From IMG/VR virus record IMGVR_UViG_3300011430_000011, positions 1 through 63,600 of that record: 63,600 nucleotides of DNA, one strand, 5' to 3'. Under the pieces are notes generated by a model. It saw only the letters and a list, made by a program, of their open reading frames with translations, had not been told where the DNA came from and made no database searches. Of the stretch, positions 18,108 to 26,130 are shown in pieces; the stretch's first letter is position 1, and each line of letters begins with the position of its first letter. This DNA is from a virus. Lineage: Duplodnaviria > Caudoviricetes. The position numbers and the translations under genes were made by a program.

Positions 18108-18880
18108 GTGCGGCAGATCACATCTTCATTATGCTGTTTGGGATGATGAGTGTGGGGAAGACAGTGTTCGTTGGTACAACTCCTGGCAGGGTGTTGCTAC
18201 TTCGACCACCGACAGACCACACTGACTCGATTGCCAATCCGCATCCTGGTATAGAGCAGTGGGTGATTAGGGACTGGGATGAAATGACTCAGGCTCATGA
18301 GTACCTCAGAGCAGAAGGGTACAAAGAGTATGACTGGGTCTGGCTTGATTCAATCTCGCTCTGGCAAGACATCGGTCTTGACGACATCTGGCAAGCCACT
18401 AAGGACAATAATCCTGCCCGAGACAACAAATATTCAGGCAAGGACAAAGGCGAATACGGTCGCAACATGGATCGTTTGCTCGAATGGGTTCGTCAAACAG
18501 TAGCGCTCGATCTGTTCAACTTCGGCATCACTGCTCACCCCACAGATAAGCTGAACGATCCGACAGGAGAGCGCAGGATGTTGCCGTGGGTGCAAGGCAA
18601 AGGAATGTCAGTCGGGGTATGTGGAATGATGACGGTTGTTGCGTACTACGAGGTTCGCAGGAAGGATGGCGAAACCTATCGTCTTCTACATACCGAAACG
18701 ACAGATGATGTCTACTGCAAGAATCAGTACGCCCGACCTGGGAAACCCTGGCTTCCTCTAAAGAATCCAGATATGCCGTTCCTCCTCAAGAAGATCGAAG
18801 AGGTTCGGGGCAAGCCAGCAAACCAGCCAGTTCAGAAAGCAAAGACGAGAACTCGTCCAACAAGTAAGAAGGGAGCATAG
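18077..18880 (+). CDS. AAA_24/Sak4-like recombinase ATPase (probable ATC start)
   Basis: G-x4-GKT; WLDSIS; ITAH; between exonuclease and SSB. Confidence 0.85.
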   Translation: MAKPPGIRPLSAADHIFIMLFGMMSVGKTVFVGTTPGRVLLLRPPTDHTDSIANPHPGIEQWVIRDWDEMTQAHEYLRAEGYKEYDWVWLDSISLWQDIGLDDIWQATKDNNPARDNKYSGKDKGEYGRNMDRLLEWVRQTVALDLFNFGITAHPTDKLNDPTGERRMLPWVQGKGMSVGVCGMMTVVAYYEVRRKDGETYRLLHTETTDDVYCKNQYARPGKPWLPLKNPDMPFLLKKIEEVRGKPANQPVQKAKTRTRPTSKKGA

Positions 18881-19650
18881 TGGCAAAGGTCAAGTATGAC
18901 AACACGAATGTTGAGCCGAGTCAATTCAAGCAGCCGACGCCTGGATTGTACACGGCAAAGATAGATGAAGCGAATCACCGTTCTGATGACGGCCACAATG
19001 ACATCGAGGTTGTCTTCGTCATTGATGGTGGAGAGTTCGATGGAGCCAAGGTCTGGACCTATGTCGGGCTGAGCGAGGCATCTGGTTGGAAGCTGCTCGA
19101 GCTTACTGACGCTCTTGGACTACCCAAGAAGGGTGAGCTAGACACCAACAAGATCGTCAACAAGAAGGTGAAGATCAAGATTAACCCTGATCAGTGGGAG
19201 GGCGAGTACCGTGCCCGCGTTGGTCGTATCTCTCCACTCACTGCCACGCCTGAAGATGACGCCGAGGTTGAAGCTGAGACTGATTCTGAAGAGACAGCAA
19301 CTGAGGAAGCATCTGCCGAAGAGGCTGCTGACTACAGTGAGTGGGAAGTTGCTGAACTGCTCGAGGTCATCACCGATGACTCAGCACTCGCTGAGAAATA
19401 CCCTGGAGGCTACGACGAGGACAGAGATTACCTGACCGGGTTTCTCGAGGCTGCTGACGCCAACGAACTGGATGAGTGGCTTGCCGAGAACAGTGAGACT
19501 GTCGACTACACAACCTGGGACACCGCAGAGCTGAAGGCAGAACTTGAGCGTCGTGGTCTCGATGTCCCGAAGCGTGCTCCGAAGTCAAAGCTCATCGGCC
19601 TGCTCGAAGAGAACGACGGCGACGGGTCAGACCCGTTCGAGTCGGAGTAG
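18880..19650 (+). CDS. DUF669-like ssDNA-binding protein with acidic linker and C-terminal SAP/HeH-like motif
   Basis: PG.Y.AKI; T..ELKAEL..RGL......K..LI..L; acidic tail. Confidence 0.75.
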   Translation: MAKVKYDNTNVEPSQFKQPTPGLYTAKIDEANHRSDDGHNDIEVVFVIDGGEFDGAKVWTYVGLSEASGWKLLELTDALGLPKKGELDTNKIVNKKVKIKINPDQWEGEYRARVGRISPLTATPEDDAEVEAETDSEETATEEASAEEAADYSEWEVAELLEVITDDSALAEKYPGGYDEDRDYLTGFLEAADANELDEWLAENSETVDYTTWDTAELKAELERRGLDVPKRAPKSKLIGLLEENDGDGSDPFESE

Positions 19651-19654
19651 TTCT

Positions 19655-19942
19655 GTGCTCGACGACAATCTCTTCAGGACGCAAGACCTTGCACTAGCCA
19701 CAATCCTTAGTCTTAGTGGCTATAGATACACTCTTGAGTATCAGCTTGGGTCTACTCGTTACGCTGACTTCCTGTTTGATCTCGGCGACGAAGAGTGGGA
19801 GGAACTGGAGAAGATTGTCACAAGGTACGACGAAGGAGAATACGCGGTGGAGCCCAAGGGATTCGTAGAGAGACAGAAGGTAGTTCGTGAAGCTCTCTAC
19901 GATTTCCTTGGCACCCGCGGAAATAGACGCCTCGCTGGCTGA
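19655..19942 (+). CDS. DUF5659-like protein
   Basis: F.T.DLALA..L pattern; GGAG RBS. Confidence 0.6.
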   Translation: MLDDNLFRTQDLALATILSLSGYRYTLEYQLGSTRYADFLFDLGDEEWEELEKIVTRYDEGEYAVEPKGFVERQKVVREALYDFLGTRGNRRLAG

Positions 19943-19945
19943 ACA

Positions 19946-22747
19946 GTGGCGACTCGTCAAGCACACCTAAAGTTGCTCGCTCCGTACTTGATTGGAGAGC
20001 AGCCGAGGGAAAACGGAGAGTGGGATATGTTCTGTCCTACTCATGTGGATACCAGACGAAGTGCCTCATTGAACATCGAGTCTAGTGAGTGGGTCTGTTT
20101 CGGAGGGTGTATTGGAGGGTCAGTTGTAGAGCTGATACAGAAGAAGGATGAATGGGTACCTCCTCCGGGAACCGCAGGATGGAATGGAGCTAGTAGAGGG
20201 AAGCCACGAGGAAGGGTACAAGAGCTACCAAGCGAGGCCACGATGCAAGGGTGGACCCATTCTTTGCTGGGCAGCAGCGAAAGACTAGATTGGTTGATAG
20301 AGCAGCGGATGCTGATGACTGACACCATCGTTCAGTTCGGGATTGGGTGGGATAGAGACAAACGTCTCTACACCATTCCTGTACGTGATGTCTCAGGTGT
20401 GCTTGTGAACATAAGACTGTACGATCCTAACCCGAAGGATCTCAGACGTAAGATATGGGGATATACCGGACATAACGAGACTAGATTGTTTCCGGTTAGT
20501 TCACTGGATCACAACGAACTACTTTGGCTAGAGGGTGAGTGGGATACTCTATTAGCCATCCAGCTAGGCTACAATGCGATCACCAGAACGGGCGCTGCCA
20601 CATCTTGGCAGAATCAATGGAACCCTCTCTTCAAGGGTAAGAGAGTTTCTATCTGTCAAGATCGTGACACCGATGGAGTTAAAGGTGCTCGTAAAGTTCA
20701 GTACTCCATCTCTTCAATAGCCGCCGACGTAAGACAACTTGTGTTGCCTTACGATGTCGCACCGAAAGCTGGGAAGGACTTCACAGACTTCATACGTGAG
20801 CACGGCGAAAAGGAATTTGCAGAGCTATTCAATAAAACCTGGGAGCAGCAAGAGGAGAGCTTACTTCCTGTCTCAGAAGAACCGATCACAGTAATAGACA
20901 GCTTCGATGCTCGTAGAGTTGGCGAACAAGCGACTCTACTTGTCACGATTAAGGGTAAGAAAGAACCTGGTTACACATTGCCCCAACGTGTGCATCTATT
21001 CTGTGATCAGCTGGCAGGAGACAAATGTACGGCTTGCACTCTTAATGGAGCTGCTGGTGACGATGAATTCGATATTGATCCTAGTGATCCTATGGTGCTT
21101 GAGCTTGTAGACAGCTCGCATCAGCAAGTCACCGCAACAATAGCTAGAGCTTACGGTATTCCTGGAGGTAAGTGCAACAGACTCCATGTAGAAGCCACCG
21201 GGCATCAGGCAGTAGAGATACTTTTCGCTCGACCAAGCATTGACCACGCTCAGGGTTGGGATGTGAATCGCACCGGCTCAAACTACACCAACATCAGGAT
21301 TACATCAGTTGGTCGACACAACACGATGCCTAACACCACAGTCAGAGCTAAGGGCGCACTCTATCCTAGTCCTCGCTCTCAATCTAACGAGTGGTTGGCT
21401 CACGAGGTTGACCAGCAAGCCACGAGTGTTGATCACTTCGAGATAACTGATGACACTGTTAAGCTGATGAAGAGATTTCAACCAAAGAAGGGACAACGGC
21501 CACTCTCTAAGCTAGCAGAGATAGAACGTGAGCTAGCTAGACACGTCACTAAGATCTATGGTCGTCCTGAGATGCACGCTCTGATTGATCTTACCTTTCA
21601 TTCGGTCCTTAGTTGGCACTTCGGTGGAGAACTCGAACATAGGGGATGGCTTGAGTGTCTCGTCTTAGGAGATACTAGGACAGGGAAGTCAGCGGTGGCA
21701 TCTAAGTTGGTTCGTCACTTTGGAGTAGGTGAGGTTGTCGGCGGAGAATCAGCTTCGGTGGCAGGACTTCTTGGAGGCTTGCAGTCTTTCGGGCAAGGTA
21801 AAGAGTGGACTGTTACCTGGGGTGTGATGCCTCAGAATAATCGTAGGCTAGTTGTCATAGACGAAGCGAGTGGTCTTTCCAAGGACGAGATAGCCAAACT
21901 TTCTGACGCTCGCTCTAGTGGTGTGGTCAACATCAGGAAGATTCAGAGTGACGTTGCTGAGGCAATGACTCGGCTTCTCTGGTTGAGTAACCCTCGCGAC
22001 GCCAAGATGGCAGACTTCACCTACGGAATTCAGGCCATCTTCGAACTAATCGGAAAGAATGAAGATATAGCTCGCTTCGATCTGGTGATGTGTGTATCAG
22101 TAGCCGACGTGCCTGCCGAGAAAATGAACCGTCCTGATGAACCAGGTGAGCTGCTCTATACCTCAGAAGCCTGCAATACTCTTGTCAGGTGGGTATGGAC
22201 TAGAGGACCTGATAAAGTTATCTGGGCACCTGGTGCTGAGGATGCAATCTACAAGGCTGCTCTCGAGATGGGGAAGCGCTATGTAGAGGAACCTCCGCTT
22301 GTTCAGCCAGCTAATGTAAGAATGAAGATAGGTCGCCTGGCGATCGCACTGGCAGCGCGCTTGTTCTCAACTGATAAGACCTACGAGAATGTATTGGTCA
22401 AGCCAGAGCATGTCATAGACGCTGTGGCATTCATGGACAAGATCTACGGTATGAAAGCGATGGGATATTCTGAGCGTAGCAAAGAAATAATAGGTGACAG
22501 AGAGCTCGCTAAGAAGAACTATGGTGACGTCAAGATCTATCTACACAGTAAACCAGGACTAGCCAAATTCTTGAAGGTAACTGGCTCGTTCAGGAGACAG
22601 GACATTGAAGAAGTCCTTAACATAGACAGAGCCTCGGCCAATGGAGTTGTGAACAAGCTCCTGAACTCGAGGATGGTCAGAAAGGCAGGGGCAGACATCA
22701 AAGTTGAACCTACGCTCCATGAACTACTTCGTACATTCCGCGGATAA
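19946..22747 (+). CDS. Primase (CHC2 Zn finger + TOPRIM) fused to MCM-type helicase
   Basis: CPTH.D..S...CFGGC; EGEWD; DRD; GDTRTGKS; VIDE; ARFDL. Confidence 0.88.
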   Translation: MATRQAHLKLLAPYLIGEQPRENGEWDMFCPTHVDTRRSASLNIESSEWVCFGGCIGGSVVELIQKKDEWVPPPGTAGWNGASRGKPRGRVQELPSEATMQGWTHSLLGSSERLDWLIEQRMLMTDTIVQFGIGWDRDKRLYTIPVRDVSGVLVNIRLYDPNPKDLRRKIWGYTGHNETRLFPVSSLDHNELLWLEGEWDTLLAIQLGYNAITRTGAATSWQNQWNPLFKGKRVSICQDRDTDGVKGARKVQYSISSIAADVRQLVLPYDVAPKAGKDFTDFIREHGEKEFAELFNKTWEQQEESLLPVSEEPITVIDSFDARRVGEQATLLVTIKGKKEPGYTLPQRVHLFCDQLAGDKCTACTLNGAAGDDEFDIDPSDPMVLELVDSSHQQVTATIARAYGIPGGKCNRLHVEATGHQAVEILFARPSIDHAQGWDVNRTGSNYTNIRITSVGRHNTMPNTTVRAKGALYPSPRSQSNEWLAHEVDQQATSVDHFEITDDTVKLMKRFQPKKGQRPLSKLAEIERELARHVTKIYGRPEMHALIDLTFHSVLSWHFGGELEHRGWLECLVLGDTRTGKSAVASKLVRHFGVGEVVGGESASVAGLLGGLQSFGQGKEWTVTWGVMPQNNRRLVVIDEASGLSKDEIAKLSDARSSGVVNIRKIQSDVAEAMTRLLWLSNPRDAKMADFTYGIQAIFELIGKNEDIARFDLVMCVSVADVPAEKMNRPDEPGELLYTSEACNTLVRWVWTRGPDKVIWAPGAEDAIYKAALEMGKRYVEEPPLVQPANVRMKIGRLAIALAARLFSTDKTYENVLVKPEHVIDAVAFMDKIYGMKAMGYSERSKEIIGDRELAKKNYGDVKIYLHSKPGLAKFLKVTGSFRRQDIEEVLNIDRASANGVVNKLLNSRMVRKAGADIKVEPTLHELLRTFRG

Positions 22748-22756
22748 GGGAGCAAA

Positions 22757-22978
22757 ATGAAAGTCAAAGATCTCGTCAAGCTGTTGAAGGAGAAAGATCA
22801 AAACGCACTTGTGATGCTAGATGCAGGAGGCAGTGTTCAGCATTCTCACTACAGACCAGTTGGCGGTCTTGGAACTTGGAGCAAAGAGACTCCAGACATC
22901 ATCTTCATCATGACTAACGAAAAAACTCCTCACGTATCAGGAGCGCTCCTCGAAGCTGGTTGGAGACCACCAAAATGA
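22757..22978 (+). CDS. Hypothetical protein (MKVKDL.. type)
   Basis: AAGGGAG RBS. Confidence 0.65.
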   Translation: MKVKDLVKLLKEKDQNALVMLDAGGSVQHSHYRPVGGLGTWSKETPDIIFIMTNEKTPHVSGALLEAGWRPPK

Positions 22979-23250
22979 TTGGGGCCAAGGAAATAGAAAC
23001 TGCGGAGAGGCTCCTGAGGATAGTCGTCGGCGACGGCATGGATGTGCAGGGACAGTTCAAGCACTACAGAGTGGACCGAATTGCGTACGACAAGTTCCAC
23101 CAAGAGATGATGTCGATTGTTATCAGGAGGGCTCAGCAAACCAGAGTACCAGTTCACGGAGAACTGGTACCTATTCTCAATACCATCATCGCCCATCACT
23201 TCTTGGTTGGTGTAGTCTGCGGCATACAAGAGAGCAAGGTACATCTATGA
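22975..23250 (+). CDS. Hypothetical protein
   Basis: ATGA overlaps on both sides. Confidence 0.6.
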   Translation: MIGAKEIETAERLLRIVVGDGMDVQGQFKHYRVDRIAYDKFHQEMMSIVIRRAQQTRVPVHGELVPILNTIIAHHFLVGVVCGIQESKVHL

Positions 23251-24077
23251 GCAAGGTAGCGATACTCGGTGCAGGACCTTCAGGACTGCTCGCTGCCTAC
23301 GCGGTTGAACGATCGGGTCACGAGCCTGTCATCATCAGCAATGGTCATGGAGCTACTGTCGACAGAAGTATGTTCCTGATGGATAAGATTCCTGGTCTCA
23401 ACTCTCACAACGAGGATTTCGCTCTCGAGGTTGAAGTCAGAGGTACTGCCGAGGGGTACGCACGTCGTGTCTACCGAGACCCTACTGCTCCTGTCTCATT
23501 AGATACCTTTGCCGCTGGGAGTTACATAGTCTGGGGACTACAGGAGACGTACGCAAAGCTCTGGAATATGTACGGAAGTTCTGCTGAGAGACGTAGTGTT
23601 ACTCCCTACGACATCGCAGAGCTTCTCAGTAACTACGAACTTGTGATAAGCACTCTCTACTCACCAGAATTGTGCATCGATGCAGATCATAAGTTCGATA
23701 AGGTAGACACATTCATCGCTCAGCAAGTTGTAACTGAAGAGCCAGACCGCATCTCAACGATGATTTACAACGGCTCTGATGAATGGCAAGAAGGGGTAGC
23801 ACAAACTGCAATCTGGAACTGGTATCGATACTCAGCAATACGGGGTGTAGAAACTTGGGAGTACACACATCTAATTCCTGGGCAGATGAGTATCGGAAAG
23901 AAGCCCATCAGCAACACCTGCGACTGCTGGCAGAGAGCTCCTTCATCTTTTGATAGACCGCAGCAGTTGCACAGAGTTGGCCGATTTGCAAAATGGGAGC
24001 GTGGTGTGATGAACCATCATGCATTCCAGGATACAGTGGCAATCCTCTCAACAGAAGGGATGGGTAGATCAGTATGA
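23247..24077 (+). CDS. FAD/NAD-binding oxidoreductase
   Basis: VAILGAGPSGL Rossmann motif; C-terminal VGRFAKW. Confidence 0.85.
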   Translation: MSKVAILGAGPSGLLAAYAVERSGHEPVIISNGHGATVDRSMFLMDKIPGLNSHNEDFALEVEVRGTAEGYARRVYRDPTAPVSLDTFAAGSYIVWGLQETYAKLWNMYGSSAERRSVTPYDIAELLSNYELVISTLYSPELCIDADHKFDKVDTFIAQQVVTEEPDRISTMIYNGSDEWQEGVAQTAIWNWYRYSAIRGVETWEYTHLIPGQMSIGKKPISNTCDCWQRAPSSFDRPQQLHRVGRFAKWERGVMNHHAFQDTVAILSTEGMGRSV

Positions 24078-24631
24078 GTCCTATGCCCGGATCATTCAGC
24101 GCCTATCTGGCAGCACCCATCTTCGACCAGCATCAACTGGCTGTTGTCGATAGGTTGTACCAAGAGTTACAACTCAGGGACTTCAATGTGTTCAGTCCGT
24201 ATCACGCCAGCCAAGATATCTTCAGAGGTCGTCCTCCGTCAGAATGTACAGCAGAAGAAAGAGCTCTAGTCATTCAAGGGAATATCTCTAACCTGCACTG
24301 CTGGCTGCTGCTTGCATGGGTGGGTGGATATGAAGCAGGCTTCACTGACCCAGGGGTAATATGGGAGATGGGCTATGCAGCCGCACTCAGCGGCGCACCA
24401 GCCGCTTGGAACAACTCTCCCCTCCGACCGCTTACCCTGGCTTACATCGATGAGTCTGACAAGCGACAGAGCATGAATCTGATGCTGTCTGCGACAGTCG
24501 ATGTGGTAGTGAAGGGGATTGCTGATCTTAGAATTGCTCTTCAACTTGCCCGTCTTTGTAAGTACGAAGCTCTAAGGGAGAGATACCATCCGAGAAAAGT
24601 TCTCGGGGGCGAAATGGAGCCAGTTGTATGA
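24074..24631 (+). CDS. Nucleoside 2-deoxyribosyltransferase / nucleotide N-glycosidase family
   Basis: YLAAPIF, FSP, D.GV.WEMGYA, NLML. Confidence 0.85.
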   Translation: MSPMPGSFSAYLAAPIFDQHQLAVVDRLYQELQLRDFNVFSPYHASQDIFRGRPPSECTAEERALVIQGNISNLHCWLLLAWVGGYEAGFTDPGVIWEMGYAAALSGAPAAWNNSPLRPLTLAYIDESDKRQSMNLMLSATVDVVVKGIADLRIALQLARLCKYEALRERYHPRKVLGGEMEPVV

Positions 24632-24999
24632 ACGAGGGCATTGACATCGAGATTGACGTTCTTTGCGCTCAGGCATATACGAGATCTGAACGAAACGGTT
24701 TCTGGAAACAATTTCCTGATCGCTTCCAAGACGAGCGTGCATGGATTGGAGAGAAGATAGCACTTGCCCACACAGAGCTCAGTGAGGCAATCGATGCTTC
24801 TCGTAAGACTGGAGATGATGCTGCCAGGTACACCTTCATTCTCAAAGAGCTTGGTGACACGATCTGGCGATGTCTCGATATGGCCTACGTCATTCACCAG
24901 TTCAACAATCTTCCGGTTGAGGTCACACTCGGAAAGTTGATGAAGGAACAAGCCGAGAATATGCCCAATCGCGGAGTTCTACACGGAAAGCGGTGGTGA
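24628..24999 (+). CDS. MazG-like NTP pyrophosphatase
   Basis: H.ELSEA.DA.R; ELGD...R; N...R...HGK. Confidence 0.85.
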   Translation: MNEGIDIEIDVLCAQAYTRSERNGFWKQFPDRFQDERAWIGEKIALAHTELSEAIDASRKTGDDAARYTFILKELGDTIWRCLDMAYVIHQFNNLPVEVTLGKLMKEQAENMPNRGVLHGKRW

Positions 25000-25000
25000 G

Positions 25001-25705
25001 ATGAACCTGTTTGAAGCACTTAACGGGAATGTGCGAAGGCTTCGGCACATCAACAGGTACTCAAGCTATCCGTGTATCAAGCCGGAGTCTGTGGCAGAGC
25101 ACTCTTTTCAAGTTGCCTTCATCTCTTTCCTAATAGGGGAAGATCTGTCTCTTGCTCACAACGAGGACATCAACTTCGCCGTACTTCTAGGCAAAGCTCT
25201 GATGCACGACGTTAGCGAATGTATGTCCGGAGATATCATTCGTACTTACAAGTACAGCTCTGAAGAGATGCGCCTCCAGTGTGAGGCAGCAGACGAGCAG
25301 AATATGGGCATTCTCATGGAAGATTTCCACAACATTGGACCATCTGTATATCACGAATGGAAGCACGCCAAGTCTGCAAACATTGAGGGCGATATTGTCC
25401 GTTTTGCAGATCTTGTAGCGGTCGTAATCTACTGCGCTGAGGAGTGGCATCTCGGCAACCGACAGCTTGATGCAACTCTCGAGCGGTGCTACCGCAACAG
25501 CATCCACCAGTATCACAATCATCCTCTCTTTGAGAAGTACGCCGATCAGATGTTTCCGAGCAGGAGTTTGTTGGCTTGGCGAGAGGCATACCGTCTTGAT
25601 ACGACCTACGGGAACGAGCACGATGTGCATCTAGGTGTGCCAGCAAGAGATCTGGCTCTTCGCATGAAAGGTATGATGGATCCTCACTCTGAAGGTCCAA
25701 CATGA
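25001..25705 (+). CDS. HD-domain 5'-deoxynucleotidase (YfbR/DatZ-like)
   Basis: RY......ESVAEHS; LMHD..E...GDI; V..AD. Confidence 0.88.
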   Translation: MNLFEALNGNVRRLRHINRYSSYPCIKPESVAEHSFQVAFISFLIGEDLSLAHNEDINFAVLLGKALMHDVSECMSGDIIRTYKYSSEEMRLQCEAADEQNMGILMEDFHNIGPSVYHEWKHAKSANIEGDIVRFADLVAVVIYCAEEWHLGNRQLDATLERCYRNSIHQYHNHPLFEKYADQMFPSRSLLAWREAYRLDTTYGNEHDVHLGVPARDLALRMKGMMDPHSEGPT

Positions 25706-26130
25706 ACGTCGATCAGATAGCCAGACACATTACCACACTATTGCAAGATGAGTTGGCCCTCGATATTGATGAGGGGGATCGTGAACACCTTGAGATGATG
25801 CTTGAGGCATTTCTTCTGTACAAACAGAAAAACGCAAAGTACAAGAACTTGTGGAAAGTTGGAGGTTGGTGGGACTCAGCGCATCACATTCGTCATAAAG
25901 GTCTGCGAATTGGTGGTCTGCTTGAGGGTTTCAAAGAAGATCACAATCCAAGTGAACGAATTGAAGATGCTCTTGATCTTATCAACTACTGTCTCTTCTT
26001 CGTGCGTAACGTAAGGGCTATGCTCAGGGGTGAGCAGGGTTCAGGTCGTAAAGTGACCGGACGTGCAATGAGAAACATTAGTGAAGGCGAGGTATTCGAT
26101 GTGCTTCAAGACATAAGGATCATCGAGTAA
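25702..26130 (+). CDS. DUF1599/Nmad1-like all-alpha pyrophosphatase-type protein
   Basis: KN.KY...W; K..R; D.LDLINY. Confidence 0.7.
   Translation: MNVDQIARHITTLLQDELALDIDEGDREHLEMMLEAFLLYKQKNAKYKNLWKVGGWWDSAHHIRHKGLRIGGLLEGFKEDHNPSERIEDALDLINYCLFFVRNVRAMLRGEQGSGRKVTGRAMRNISEGEVFDVLQDIRIIE

Noticed and set aside
24628-25705. Z-genome (2-aminoadenine) pathway from the MazG + HD pair
   Set aside because: No PurZ/adenylosuccinate synthetase-like ORF in the window
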